A stretch of 64,000 nt of DNA, from assembly GCA_965248925.1 (NCBI GenBank), contig CBDFLE010000005.1, forward strand, positions 2,112,001-2,176,000, read 5' to 3'. The notes under the pieces were generated by a model. It worked only from the letters and a program-made list of their open reading frames with translations, made no database searches and was not told the origin of the DNA. The first letter of the stretch is position 1. Each line of letters starts with the position of its first letter. The translations under genes were made by a program, and so were the position numbers. This DNA comes from Candidatus Multivoradales bacterium. GTDB lineage: Bacteria > Acidobacteriota > Thermoanaerobaculia > Multivoradales > J023. Of this stretch, positions 29,001-38,174 are shown one piece after another.

Positions 29001-29649
29001 TGGCACCGCTATCGACACTGCGCCAGATGCCCACCTCGCCGCAAGTGAAGGCGTCAGCGTTTGCCACCGCAACGACGATGACGTTGCCGCGGGCGGCGAC
29101 GCCGGTGTTGTTGCGGCCGGCAATAGCGCTCAGTTCCGTCCAGGTTGTACCATCATCGGTGCTGCGCAGCAGACCGCTGCGGGGCCCGCCGAGGCTGGCC
29201 AAAGAGCTGGTACGCCCAATACCCGCCACCAAAGTATTGAAGCTCGGGTCGGTGGGGTCGAGCGCCAACGCGGCGATCGACAGCGAAGTCTGAGCATCGG
29301 TCAGCCGAATCCAACTCGGATTGGCGGCGCTGGCGTCGTCGCTGCGGAAGACCCCACCATTGACCGCGCCGATCCAAACCACATCCGCGTTGGTCGGGTG
29401 AGCCACCACCGCTTCAATAGCACCGCTAATCGGTTGGTTGGGGATGTTCTCCGGCTGCCCGAAGTGAGCCGGACCCGGACCCTGGGGGATCCAAGCGCCA
29501 CCCACCACTTTTGCAACTGGAGGCCGAGCCGGCGCCAACTCCCCCTACTGGGCCGACACCGGAGTGCCCGCTCCGACAACCAGCAGCAGGACCAGCGCGG
29601 CAGACCCAAGCAGTCGCAAGCCTGACAATCTTCGAATCTTCGGCTTCAT
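26092..29649 (-). CDS. Large secreted BNR-propeller protein with C-terminal IFADGFESGD motif; in-frame TAG at 29545-29547
   Basis: ATG 29649 gives signal peptide MKPKIRRLSGLRLLGSAALVLLLVVGAGTPVSAQ, then TAG, then the 1148-aa ORF in the same frame. Asp-boxes; ends LIFADGFESGDTSRW. Confidence 0.85.
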
Positions 29650-29659
29650 TTTGCCGCCT

Positions 29660-30766
29660 TCATGGAGGGAACGCTCCTCTGAAGGAAGGGTCGCGCAGCG
29701 GCCGCCTCCAGATCATCAGGCCACTGTCGAGACGGACCGCGCGTACTTGGCGCGGTTCTTCGATCAAGCCATCGCCAACCCGGCGGCCATAGGTGGGCTG
29801 GAGGTGGATCAGCCGCGCGCCATCGACCCGGAACCAGGCCTGTGAGCGATGGCTGCGGACCTGCCCCAGGCGCTCGCCGGTGTCGAGGGAGAACACTGAC
29901 CAGCCGTACTCCCGCCATTCGCCGGGCGCGTCCCTTTCGCTGACGATCAAGTGGCGACCATCGGCCGAGCGTTGTTCCAGGAGATAAGGGCCGGCGAAAA
30001 GTTCGACATCGACCAGGCTCTGGCCACTGAGATCCCAGCGCTTGAGCACCAACCGCCCATCAACCACCCGGGTCGCGGCATAGACTTCGCCGGTCATCGC
30101 GGGCGCTGTGGACACTTCCCCCCGTCCAACCCACTGCTGAATTGCTGGCGGCAACGTTGCCGCCAACTGCAAAGTCGTGGGATCCACGGCAACGGCGCGG
30201 CCGGCGAGCAGGTCCAGACGAAAGGCGCCCACTTGCAGCTGTCCGAGTTCCTCACCAGGTTGCGGTGCGATGCCCTTGGCATAACGCCGGAGATGGTCCC
30301 ACAGCAAGTAAGGCACGTCTCGCGATACTTCCACCCGCGCAGTGAAAACCGTACTCATACCTTCGTCGACGGCCACCACGACCCCCGCCGGGAGTTGCAG
30401 TGAAAGCGACTGCCGCCACTCTCCGTCGCCAGCATCGAAGAGCACTACCTCGAGAACGCCGTCAGCCCCGGTCGGCAGCCCCTGAGCGAACAGCAGATCT
30501 TGATGCAGCGCCAGCGGTTTGGCGGCTAGGCGAGTGGTCCACAGAGTTTCGCCGGATGACGCCAGCAACGCGTCGATGCCGCCTTCCGGGTTCATTATGT
30601 AAGCCGAGTGCCCCTCGGAATCAACAACCACGCCTGGGCGTAGACTGGCTGCGTCGACACTTCTAAGCGGCGTTTCGGCCGTCTGGGTGTAGGGCAACGC
30701 GGCGGCCAAGAGCGGCAGAAAAAAGCCACCAAGCAGCCAAAAAGAACGAACTCTAGTCATGTTCAA
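29660..30766 (-). CDS. Hypothetical secreted protein (PQQ-like beta-propeller)
   Basis: Signal peptide; DAL..SGETLW-type repeats; first gene of the leftward operon. Confidence 0.75.
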   Translation of the reverse strand: MNMTRVRSFWLLGGFFLPLLAAALPYTQTAETPLRSVDAASLRPGVVVDSEGHSAYIMNPEGGIDALLASSGETLWTTRLAAKPLALHQDLLFAQGLPTGADGVLEVVLFDAGDGEWRQSLSLQLPAGVVVAVDEGMSTVFTARVEVSRDVPYLLWDHLRRYAKGIAPQPGEELGQLQVGAFRLDLLAGRAVAVDPTTLQLAATLPPAIQQWVGRGEVSTAPAMTGEVYAATRVVDGRLVLKRWDLSGQSLVDVELFAGPYLLEQRSADGRHLIVSERDAPGEWREYGWSVFSLDTGERLGQVRSHRSQAWFRVDGARLIHLQPTYGRRVGDGLIEEPRQVRAVRLDSGLMIWRRPLRDPSFRGAFPP

Positions 30767-30943
30767 TTGAGTATCTACTCCAGAAAACAGGCACTTAGAA
30801 GGCGATAGATCATAAGCGAGGGTACCTCAGTCCCGTTTTGGCAGCTAGCCCAAAATCCTTGGACTTGACATCGGCTATCATGGCCTCCCCGGCGGGATTT
30901 CGACTGGCCGCGCGGTAGCCGGCGACGAATCGAGGAGATCACG

Positions 30944-31156
30944 ATGTCGAGAAGGGAAACAGATAGGCAGCTGGGATCGCCGGAGGTCTCGGGCGAAGCC
31001 GCTGCTGCCGCATCAGAGAGCGAAACAGCGCGCAGAGCCTATTCGAAGCCGGTGCTCGCCCGCCGAGGCCAAATCCAGCCATCGTTACAGTTCGGCAGTC
31101 CACCGCCGCCGCCATCCCCCAGAGATCGCCCGCGCCTATTGGGCCGCTGGGAGTGA
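30944..31156 (+). CDS. Putative RiPP precursor peptide (YxxPxL leader, poly-Pro core)
   Basis: GAGGAG RBS; RRAYSKPVLARRG leader motif; C-terminus GSPPPPPSPRDRPRLLGRWE; lies directly upstream of a PqqD gene. Confidence 0.75.
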   Translation: MSRRETDRQLGSPEVSGEAAAAASESETARRAYSKPVLARRGQIQPSLQFGSPPPPPSPRDRPRLLGRWE

Positions 31157-31203
31157 CCGGCCAGCATCCTGGCTGTGCCGCCCAGGAGCGGCCGCGGTTG
31201 AGC

Positions 31204-31470
31204 ATGACTCAACGGATCCGCCGGTCGCCCGCGACCGTGGCGCAGAGTCTGCGCGGAGAGTGCTTGGTGCTCGATCTCGGCACCGGCTTCTACTTCACTC
31301 TCGGCGAGATAGGCGGCTTCATCTGGGAACAGCTCGGAGACCAACCGGATCTCGCGGCCATCGTCCAGCAAATCACCAGCCGCTTCGCCATCGATGCCGC
31401 CACGGCGGAGACTGATCTGCTGGAGTTTGTCGAGCAGCTGCTCGACCAGCAGCTGCTGGAGTTGGAGTGA
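31204..31470 (+). CDS. PqqD-family protein (RiPP recognition element)
   Basis: 88 aa; ECLVLDLGTGFYFTLGEIGGFIWEQL..IVQQI..F.ID..TAETDLLEFVEQL. Confidence 0.92.
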   Translation: MTQRIRRSPATVAQSLRGECLVLDLGTGFYFTLGEIGGFIWEQLGDQPDLAAIVQQITSRFAIDAATAETDLLEFVEQLLDQQLLELE

Positions 31471-31516
31471 CTTCCCTTTCTCAGTCGAGCAAACCCTGGC
31501 TCGGCTGAGCTGAGGA

Positions 31517-32380
31517 GTGGCGTTGCGACTAACCATTGGCGAGGATCTGGTCTTTCAGTTCGCAGAACTGCCGAGTGGCTTGCAAGATCGAATCGCCGAG
31601 CGATTCCGCCACTACCTACAGCGACCGGCAGTGTCCTCGCCATCTCCGCTACTCATTTCCACCGCCTTGCCCCCCGCAAACCCATCGGCACCCGAGTCGC
31701 TAGTTGCTTTGCGGCCACCCCTGAGGGTGCAGCGCCAGGGGCGAATCTTGCTCTACCAAGTGCGGGGGGTGACGGGTTGGTGTGATCCGCAAACTGGCCG
31801 CGGCGGCATCCACGTTGGCGCGGCGGAACCCTCGGCCCTCGACAGTTTTGCCGCCATGGCGATCCCTTCGATGCTCTTCGAGCTGGCCGCGAATCGGGGA
31901 TGGTTGGGCGTCCACGCGGCAGCGATAGTGATGAATGGCCGCGGTATTCTCTTGCCCGGCCCCAGTGGAGCTGGTAAATCCACTTTGTTCGAACTCGCCC
32001 GTACGAACGGGTTAGGGGTCCTGTCCGATGACTTGACTTGGCTCCAAGATCAACCAGACGGCCCTTTCCGTCTGTGGGCCGGACCGGCCGCCGGTTCGCC
32101 GACGCAAGTTCTGCCGACTGCGGATGGAGTGCCCCTGGCGGCGATCGTATGCCCGACGATCACCGGCCGCCAAGCAAGCCGACTCGTCGCTCTATCCCTG
32201 CCCCAGCTGTTGGAGGTTCTGCTGCCGCAGTGCAGCTTTCTCGCCCTTGGTTCCGAGGCCGGCGACCGCTTCGGACGACTGATTCGGGCAGCGGATTCAG
32301 CGACGGCCTACCGCCTCGAAGCCGGCGGCGACCGCAGCGAGACAATAAGGATCTTGGGTCGGCTTTTCTCCCCTTGCTGA
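31517..32380 (+). CDS. HPr kinase-related P-loop protein
   Basis: VHAAAIV..GRGILLPGPSGAGKSTL..VLSDD signature; GAGGAG upstream. Confidence 0.85.
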   Translation: MALRLTIGEDLVFQFAELPSGLQDRIAERFRHYLQRPAVSSPSPLLISTALPPANPSAPESLVALRPPLRVQRQGRILLYQVRGVTGWCDPQTGRGGIHVGAAEPSALDSFAAMAIPSMLFELAANRGWLGVHAAAIVMNGRGILLPGPSGAGKSTLFELARTNGLGVLSDDLTWLQDQPDGPFRLWAGPAAGSPTQVLPTADGVPLAAIVCPTITGRQASRLVALSLPQLLEVLLPQCSFLALGSEAGDRFGRLIRAADSATAYRLEAGGDRSETIRILGRLFSPC

Positions 32381-32409
32381 GGCCGCCGCCGGTCACTTTC
32401 CTCGGCACC

Positions 32410-33099
32410 CTACGGCAGCTCGAATCGATAGCCCACATCGCGAATCGTCTGGATCAGACAAGGCTGCCGCGGGTCCGCTTCGATCTTGCTTCTCAAGGTG
32501 GTAACGCAGCGATCAACACTGCGGGAGCCAACCAGGATGTCGCGTCCCCACACCGAGCGCATGATCTGGTCGCGGGTCAGGGCTCGCCCGGCCTGGCGCA
32601 CGAATAGCTCCAACAAGCGAAACTCCTTCGGCGACAAGGCCAATTCTCGGCCTTGCTTGAGCAGCCGATGGGAGCGCAGATCTAGCTCACAATCGCCAAA
32701 AGAGAAGGTTTCCGGCGCTAGCGCAGAAGCTCTTCGCCGACGCAGAAAAGCCGCCGAGCGGGCTAGCAATTCGCGCACACTAAATGGCTTGGTCAGATAG
32801 TCGTCGGCACCGAGATTGAGACCGCGCACGATGTCCTCTTCCTGACCCTTGGCGGTGAGCATGATGATCGGCATGTCGAGCTCGGCGGCGCGGATCTGCT
32901 GGCAGATCTCGAATCCGTTCAACTTGGGCAGCATAATGTCGAGAATTATCAGCTCGCTATCGTCAGCTAGCGCCGCCTCCAGACCCGCTTCGCCATCCCT
33001 AGCAGTCCGCACCTGGTAGCCCCGCAACTCGAAATTGTCCTTCAGGCCACGCAGCAGCGTCGGGTCGTCTTCGATGATCAATACCGACTCGTTGGGCAT
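32410..33099 (-). CDS. OmpR/PhoB-family response regulator
   Basis: IIEDD, LDIMLP, GADDYLTKPF and winged-helix TIRDVGYRF. Confidence 0.95.
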   Translation of the reverse strand: MPNESVLIIEDDPTLLRGLKDNFELRGYQVRTARDGEAGLEAALADDSELIILDIMLPKLNGFEICQQIRAAELDMPIIMLTAKGQEEDIVRGLNLGADDYLTKPFSVRELLARSAAFLRRRRASALAPETFSFGDCELDLRSHRLLKQGRELALSPKEFRLLELFVRQAGRALTRDQIMRSVWGRDILVGSRSVDRCVTTLRSKIEADPRQPCLIQTIRDVGYRFELP

Positions 33100-33105
33100 C
33101 TAGGA

Positions 33106-35097
33106 TCACTCCGTAGGGATCTCGGGCTCGCCAGGTGCCGCTGGCAAACAGACGGTGAAGGTGCTGCCCTCCCCTGGACGGCTGTCAACCGACACCGAGC
33201 CGCCGTGGGCCTGGACGATGAATTGGACGATGCTCAGCCCCAGGCCACAGCCGCTCTCAGGGCGGGAAAGGCTCTGGTCGACCTGGTAGAAACGGTCGAA
33301 GATTTTACCAGCGACGCGGCCCGACAGCCCGATGCCATGATCGCGCACCGCGAAGCACACCTCCCCGCCGTCACGATAGGTGCGTAAGACGATGTGGCGC
33401 TCGTCACCGGAGTATTTGTAGGCATTGTCGAGCAGGTTGAGGAGCACCGCGACCAAGGCATCCTGGTCGGCGATCAGGGCCGGCAAGCCAGGCTCGACCT
33501 GCACTTCGAAGTGACAGCCCGCGGCGCTGAATCGATCCGCGACCAACTCGCCAGCAGCCACGACCACCGCATCGGGCAAGATCCGCTGCCGATCGAAGTT
33601 TTGGCGCCCTTGTTCCATCCGCGAGAAGGTCAAGAAGTTGTCCACCAACCGCGACAAGCGGAGGTTCTCTTTAGCGATCAATTGCAAGTACTCGCGAACC
33701 CGCTGACCATCCTCGATCCCGCCATCCTCGAAACCACTGTCTAGCAAAGTGTCGACCAGCAGAAGCATCGACGCCAAGGGAGTCTTCAGCTCGTGGGAGA
33801 CGGTCGCTAGCAGATCGTTTTTCAGTCGAGTGAGCCGCAGTTGCCGCGAGATAGTACGGACCATCAGCGCGGCGACCATCAGCACCACCGCGACCACCAG
33901 GGCCGCGGTCAGCCGGTAGGCCCTAATCCGCTCCTTGGCCGCCACCGCGAAGAGGGTCTGATCTTCAGGAAGCAGCACCAGCTGCCAATCCTGGAGAAAG
34001 CCACCGGCAGGAAGCGACACCAGAAACACCTCCTCAGCCACCGCGCCAGGGGGGAGAAGCTCGACCTGGGTCCCCTCCGGCAGCCGCTGGCGACTGATCA
34101 GAGATTCTAGATCCTCGATCAGCTGCTGTTGGCTGTACAACCCCACCACCCGGCCGCTGGGAGCGGCGAGGTGCCAGACCTCCGGCAACCCACTGGGCTG
34201 TAGCGAGGTGGTCGGCGGGGTGGGTGGGTCGGAGTCAAGGTAGCGCTGGGCTAGCTCTTCGGCCTGCAGGGTGTCGAATACCGAGGCTTGCTCCGCAAGC
34301 GGGCCAGAGAGTTTCATCAGCTGCCGCATCAGAAAGAGACGCTGCACGGCGGGCAGGCCGGGATCTTCATAGTTGTCTAGACGGTCACCCAGGACCTTCG
34401 CCACCTGCTGGAATTTCGCGCTCGTTGGGTCACCGATCAACTCCAGCGCCCGTAGCTGGGCACTCGGCGCAATCAGGCGACCCTGAGAATCGACGGCAGC
34501 CCGGTATTCTGCGCCACCCAGTACAACGTTAAGTATGGAAATCGCCGCGGGCGTCTGCTGCGCTTGGACCAGACACCGGGCCTGGGCCAGAAGCGCTCGC
34601 GCGGCGAGATTCTGATCCGTCGCCCTCTCGGCGATCAGGGCATAACGCGCCGCCGCCGCCGCGCTCTGCCCTGAGTGCTCCAATCGTTCAGCTCGACGCC
34701 AGCTACGACTCGGTAAATTGAACTCGGGCTGAGAACTCCCCGCTGGTGCCGGATAGGCGGGGCGTCCAGACGGGTCCAAGACCACGACACTGTCCGCCAA
34801 GCCACCGCGCACCCGCGCGGCGAAGAGGCGCGAACCCGGAACCTCCTGATTCCGCCAATCCAGCTCTGCCAATCGGGCTTGCCAGTAGAGCTGCAATTCC
34901 TGCCGCAAGCCGACGAGCTGAGCCTGGTACACGTCGCTCAGCTTCTGACGCACCGCAAGCTGCTCGTTGCGCATCGCCTGGTTCATGAACCACAGCCCGC
35001 CCGCCGTGGGCAAGAGCACCACGGCGAGCAGCAACAACAAGACGGGCCACGACTCGGTGTCGTGACCCCGCCTGCGAAATGGCCGCCTGAGCTTCAT
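33106..35097 (-). CDS. Sensor histidine kinase
   Basis: Two TMs; VSHELKTPL, NLLDNAYKYS, DHGIG and GCGLGLSIV. Confidence 0.95.
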   Translation of the reverse strand: MKLRRPFRRRGHDTESWPVLLLLLAVVLLPTAGGLWFMNQAMRNEQLAVRQKLSDVYQAQLVGLRQELQLYWQARLAELDWRNQEVPGSRLFAARVRGGLADSVVVLDPSGRPAYPAPAGSSQPEFNLPSRSWRRAERLEHSGQSAAAAARYALIAERATDQNLAARALLAQARCLVQAQQTPAAISILNVVLGGAEYRAAVDSQGRLIAPSAQLRALELIGDPTSAKFQQVAKVLGDRLDNYEDPGLPAVQRLFLMRQLMKLSGPLAEQASVFDTLQAEELAQRYLDSDPPTPPTTSLQPSGLPEVWHLAAPSGRVVGLYSQQQLIEDLESLISRQRLPEGTQVELLPPGAVAEEVFLVSLPAGGFLQDWQLVLLPEDQTLFAVAAKERIRAYRLTAALVVAVVLMVAALMVRTISRQLRLTRLKNDLLATVSHELKTPLASMLLLVDTLLDSGFEDGGIEDGQRVREYLQLIAKENLRLSRLVDNFLTFSRMEQGRQNFDRQRILPDAVVVAAGELVADRFSAAGCHFEVQVEPGLPALIADQDALVAVLLNLLDNAYKYSGDERHIVLRTYRDGGEVCFAVRDHGIGLSGRVAGKIFDRFYQVDQSLSRPESGCGLGLSIVQFIVQAHGGSVSVDSRPGEGSTFTVCLPAAPGEPEIPTE

Positions 35098-35106
35098 CGC
35101 CGGGCT

Positions 35107-36555
35107 CTACTCCTTTGCGATGCCTTCGACCACCGAGTCAAAGGCAGCCTGAAGCCCGGCGAATTTCTCCAACGGTGTACGGAAGATGAACTCGAGCCGT
35201 ACCTTCTCGACAAAGGTGTAGAGGCGGTACTGGACCCAGGGATTGCCGTCGCGCTCGAAATCGCCGACAAAGCTGATCAGGGGACGGCCGTCGATGGTTC
35301 GCTCGCTCCAACTGTCCTGGCGCACCTGATAGCCCTCGAAGCGCCGCTCGGCTCCGGCGAGTTCCCGCTTGGCATTCTCTAGTAGTCCGGGGCAGCGGCC
35401 ATGGGGACAGCGATCCACCTCCAGGGAGTTGAGCCCCGCGCCAGCGGCATCCAACAGCCGCACCGCGGTGCTATTGCTCTTGTCTGGCCGCGGCATTTCA
35501 TGCGACCACCAACCCTCCGGCAAGGTGACGGAGAAGCCAAAGTCCGTTAGGTCGAGGGTGACCGGCGCTCCCGGCTCAATGCGGTCGATCTTGGCCAACT
35601 CGATGATCGCTCCCCCACCCACTATCTTCAACGGATAGCGCTCGGCGGAGGTCGAAATCCACACCGTTTGGCCGGTGTCGATCTGCACCTTGAAACACTC
35701 GAACTCACCCGCCGGCACGGTGCAGGTCTCCTCACCGAGGACCTCTATTTCGGCCTCGATGATTTCTGGCGCCCAAGTGGGCAGGAAGCTGATCTTGACC
35801 TTGTAACCGGCTGCCAGCGGCAGTAGCCGCATCAGGTGTAACGACTGCTCGTTGTCATAGACCTGCACGTCGCCGTCCACATGGGTGTCGGCCGCGCCGC
35901 CCCTAACCTCCACGCCGTCGACGCCATAGGTTGCCTCGGCATTGCCGAGAACCCCATGCCGAAACGTACTGCTGATCGGCTGTTGAGAATGACGATGTAC
36001 CAGAATGCGACTGACGCCATGGTTACTAGCGGCGGTGACGGCGAACTTGCGCTGCTCCAACAGCCAGGCAGCGATCCCCTCGACCACCGTCGACTGCGCC
36101 CCCAGGTGTAGGGAGCCAATCACCTTGCCAGTGGTTAGGCTGATTTGGTAGTCGAGCGACTCACCATCCTGCCAAGGAACCAGACCCAAAGCGAGAGCTG
36201 GTTGGACCGTCGCCAGCCGCTCGCGGGCCTGGGCGACTAGCTGCTGCTGCTCCGGAAACTCTCGGATCAAGTTGTCGAGAGCCGCTCGGGCTGCAGCGTC
36301 GTTGCCCCTTTTCAGGTGGCAGATGCCGAGGCGAAACTGCGCCTGGGCCACATGCGGACGATTGGCCTCAGCATTCTCTACGACGCGGGAGTAGATCTCG
36401 ATAGCGGCGTCCAGGTCGCCGACCGTCTCTTCAGTGTAGAGACCCCGCTCCAGCAGCTCGGCAGCAGACTCCGCCGCCGCCGGTAGAGCGATTCCCAGGG
36501 TGAGGACCACCGCGAGCAGGAGCCGAGCAGAATTCGAAATGCGTATTGTGTTCAT
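35107..36555 (-). CDS. Secreted TPR / DUF3108-like protein
   Basis: GGAGG RBS, signal peptide, N-terminal TPR, ETCTVPAGEFECFKV motif. Confidence 0.8.
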   Translation of the reverse strand: MNTIRISNSARLLLAVVLTLGIALPAAAESAAELLERGLYTEETVGDLDAAIEIYSRVVENAEANRPHVAQAQFRLGICHLKRGNDAAARAALDNLIREFPEQQQLVAQARERLATVQPALALGLVPWQDGESLDYQISLTTGKVIGSLHLGAQSTVVEGIAAWLLEQRKFAVTAASNHGVSRILVHRHSQQPISSTFRHGVLGNAEATYGVDGVEVRGGAADTHVDGDVQVYDNEQSLHLMRLLPLAAGYKVKISFLPTWAPEIIEAEIEVLGEETCTVPAGEFECFKVQIDTGQTVWISTSAERYPLKIVGGGAIIELAKIDRIEPGAPVTLDLTDFGFSVTLPEGWWSHEMPRPDKSNSTAVRLLDAAGAGLNSLEVDRCPHGRCPGLLENAKRELAGAERRFEGYQVRQDSWSERTIDGRPLISFVGDFERDGNPWVQYRLYTFVEKVRLEFIFRTPLEKFAGLQAAFDSVVEGIAKE

Positions 36556-36610
36556 GACGTTACCTCCGTCTTCGTTGGTTTATCTAACCAAGGAGACGAT
36601 ACGCAGCGCA

Positions 36611-36628
36611 TGTTACCGACTTGTGACC
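36611..36628 (-). promoter_or_regulatory. OmpR/PhoB-type direct-repeat box (probable autoregulation)
   Basis: Minus-strand GGTCACA-N4-GGTAACA with 11-bp period, followed by a TATCGT -10-like element, upstream of the TPR-HK-RR operon. Confidence 0.55.
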
Positions 36629-36977
36629 GGCAGATCCTCTTCTTGTCCAATCGCGGGTTGCAGAGTCCCAATGGCGGCAGACTTCGCCCCGAGTTGCCGC
36701 ATCAGATTGCCCAATAGGTCACCGGTTGCGACAAGAACTGGTCGTTTCGATCAGAGAAGCGCCGCGGTGCCTGCAGACGGCGAGCGAACTCGGCGGCCTG
36801 CGGCCGGATATACTGCGATTTACTCATGACACTGAGGAATATTACTCAATACTCTGAGTAATTCCCAAGTCCACGGGCTAAATCCTCGCCCCACCACCCA
36901 TCGCCACCGGCGAGTTCTTTCCGGGTGCCGAAGGCCCTTACCGATTGGGGTCGCCTGGGGCTGGTCAGCAGCTGAGG

Positions 36978-37379
36978 CTATTCATGCAGGGAGAAGCCGT
37001 TGGCGGACGCTAGCGCAGTGTCGAAGGTGACCGTTTCCGCGCACCCTGCCCCGACGTTCTGCCGGCCGATCAGGTAGTCGGCGAAGCCAGCGCGGCCTTC
37101 TCGATAGTCAACCAGCGCCAGACGCACCAGATCTCGGCTCTGAAACTCGAAGAGCGGTACTTCAAGCAACCTCTCGATGGCAGCAGCGACAGCGTGACGG
37201 TCGAAGCGATAGATGCGGCCACTCAGGGTTCATGCTAGCTCGTAGAGGACCACCATACTGACGTAGAGGCGCCACCCTCCCCTTTCGGCCTGCTCGAGGA
37301 ACTCCTGGGCTCTCGGGCTCGGGACAGGATCATCGGCGGTGAGGAAACGCAATAAGACGTTGGTATCGAGGCCGATCAC
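36978..37379 (-). pseudogene. vapC: VapC/PIN toxin with internal TGA at 37230-37232
   Basis: VIGLDTNVLLRFLTADD...VVLYELA*TLSG...AGFADYLIG..TVTFD in a single frame. Confidence 0.85.
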
Positions 37380-37645
37380 GATCGCTGGCCACGAATCCGC
37401 TCATCGTCAGCCGCGAGGTCCTCGCTCAGCGCATCGTCGAGCTGCCCCAGGACGACCGCTTCGCTACTGTCCGGGGTCAAGAAACTGTAGAGGTTTCGCA
37501 CTCTCCGACCGACGGGGCGCAGGACGACAGACCCACTGTCAGCAGCAATGAACTCGATCCGATCGCCCCACCCTAGGCCGAGCCGATCTCGCACCGATTT
37601 CGGCAGCGTAATCTGGCCTTTGCTGGTGAGCGTCGCAGTGGGCAT
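37376..37645 (-). CDS. AbrB/MazE/SpoVT-family antitoxin
   Basis: ATLTSKGQITLPKSVRDRLGL..GDRIEF; overlaps the PIN gene start (GTGA). Confidence 0.9.
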   Translation of the reverse strand: MPTATLTSKGQITLPKSVRDRLGLGWGDRIEFIAADSGSVVLRPVGRRVRNLYSFLTPDSSEAVVLGQLDDALSEDLAADDERIRGQRS

Positions 37646-37760
37646 GATAGCTCCCGGATCAAGGTAGGTTTCTTTCTTGAGGTAAGGCTAGCACTAGTGG
37701 GGCCGAGTTGAGAATCAAGAGCAGACTCTGGACAGTCTTGCCTGCCAACTTGTTCGCACC

Positions 37761-38174
37761 CTAGAACTTGGTCAGCACGGGATTAACGGCCAGCAGGCCA
37801 GAAGCCGCGATGAACTCGAAGTCCCGATCCTTGAACAGCAAGCTGAAACCGTTCTCGGCAGCCAAGACAGCGATCAGGCAGTCGATGGTCGAGCGAATGG
37901 TGATTCCCTTAGCGCGCAGCTGGCGGTAGAGGTCCGCGGCAACGAGATAGCTGGAAGGTTCACTGGGGCGCAAGTAGATCAAGCTCAGCAGACTGAAGCG
38001 AATCTCGGCAAAACTGGTGGGCCGGGTCAGTCCTTGCAGTACTTCCGCCAGCACCACTCCACAAATGGCAACCTCCTCTTCATCGGCCAACAACTCCGCC
38101 AAGGTCTCCACCTGTGGCGATGGATAGCCGTTGAAGAAATCCACCCAGACCGAGGTGTCGACCAGCACTCTCAA
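37761..38174 (-). CDS. vapC: VapC/PIN-domain toxin
   Basis: VLVDTSVWVDFF, EVLQG, TIRSTIDCLIA, DRDF. Confidence 0.92.
   Translation of the reverse strand: MRVLVDTSVWVDFFNGYPSPQVETLAELLADEEEVAICGVVLAEVLQGLTRPTSFAEIRFSLLSLIYLRPSEPSSYLVAADLYRQLRAKGITIRSTIDCLIAVLAAENGFSLLFKDRDFEFIAASGLLAVNPVLTKF

Noticed and set aside
30865-30881. TTGACA and TATCAT as a sigma70 promoter for the precursor gene
   Set aside because: The two hexamers are only 5 bp apart, not 16-18.
30944-32380. Canonical lasso peptide cluster
   Set aside because: There is no asparagine-synthetase-like cyclase or B2 protease in the window. The precursor lacks Thr(-2) and a ring-forming Asp/Glu at core positions 7-9.
29545-37232. Alternative genetic code (in-frame TAG and TGA in two genes)
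   Set aside because: TAG and TGA both serve as normal stops for many genes here, and no pyl/sel genes or suppressor tRNA were seen.
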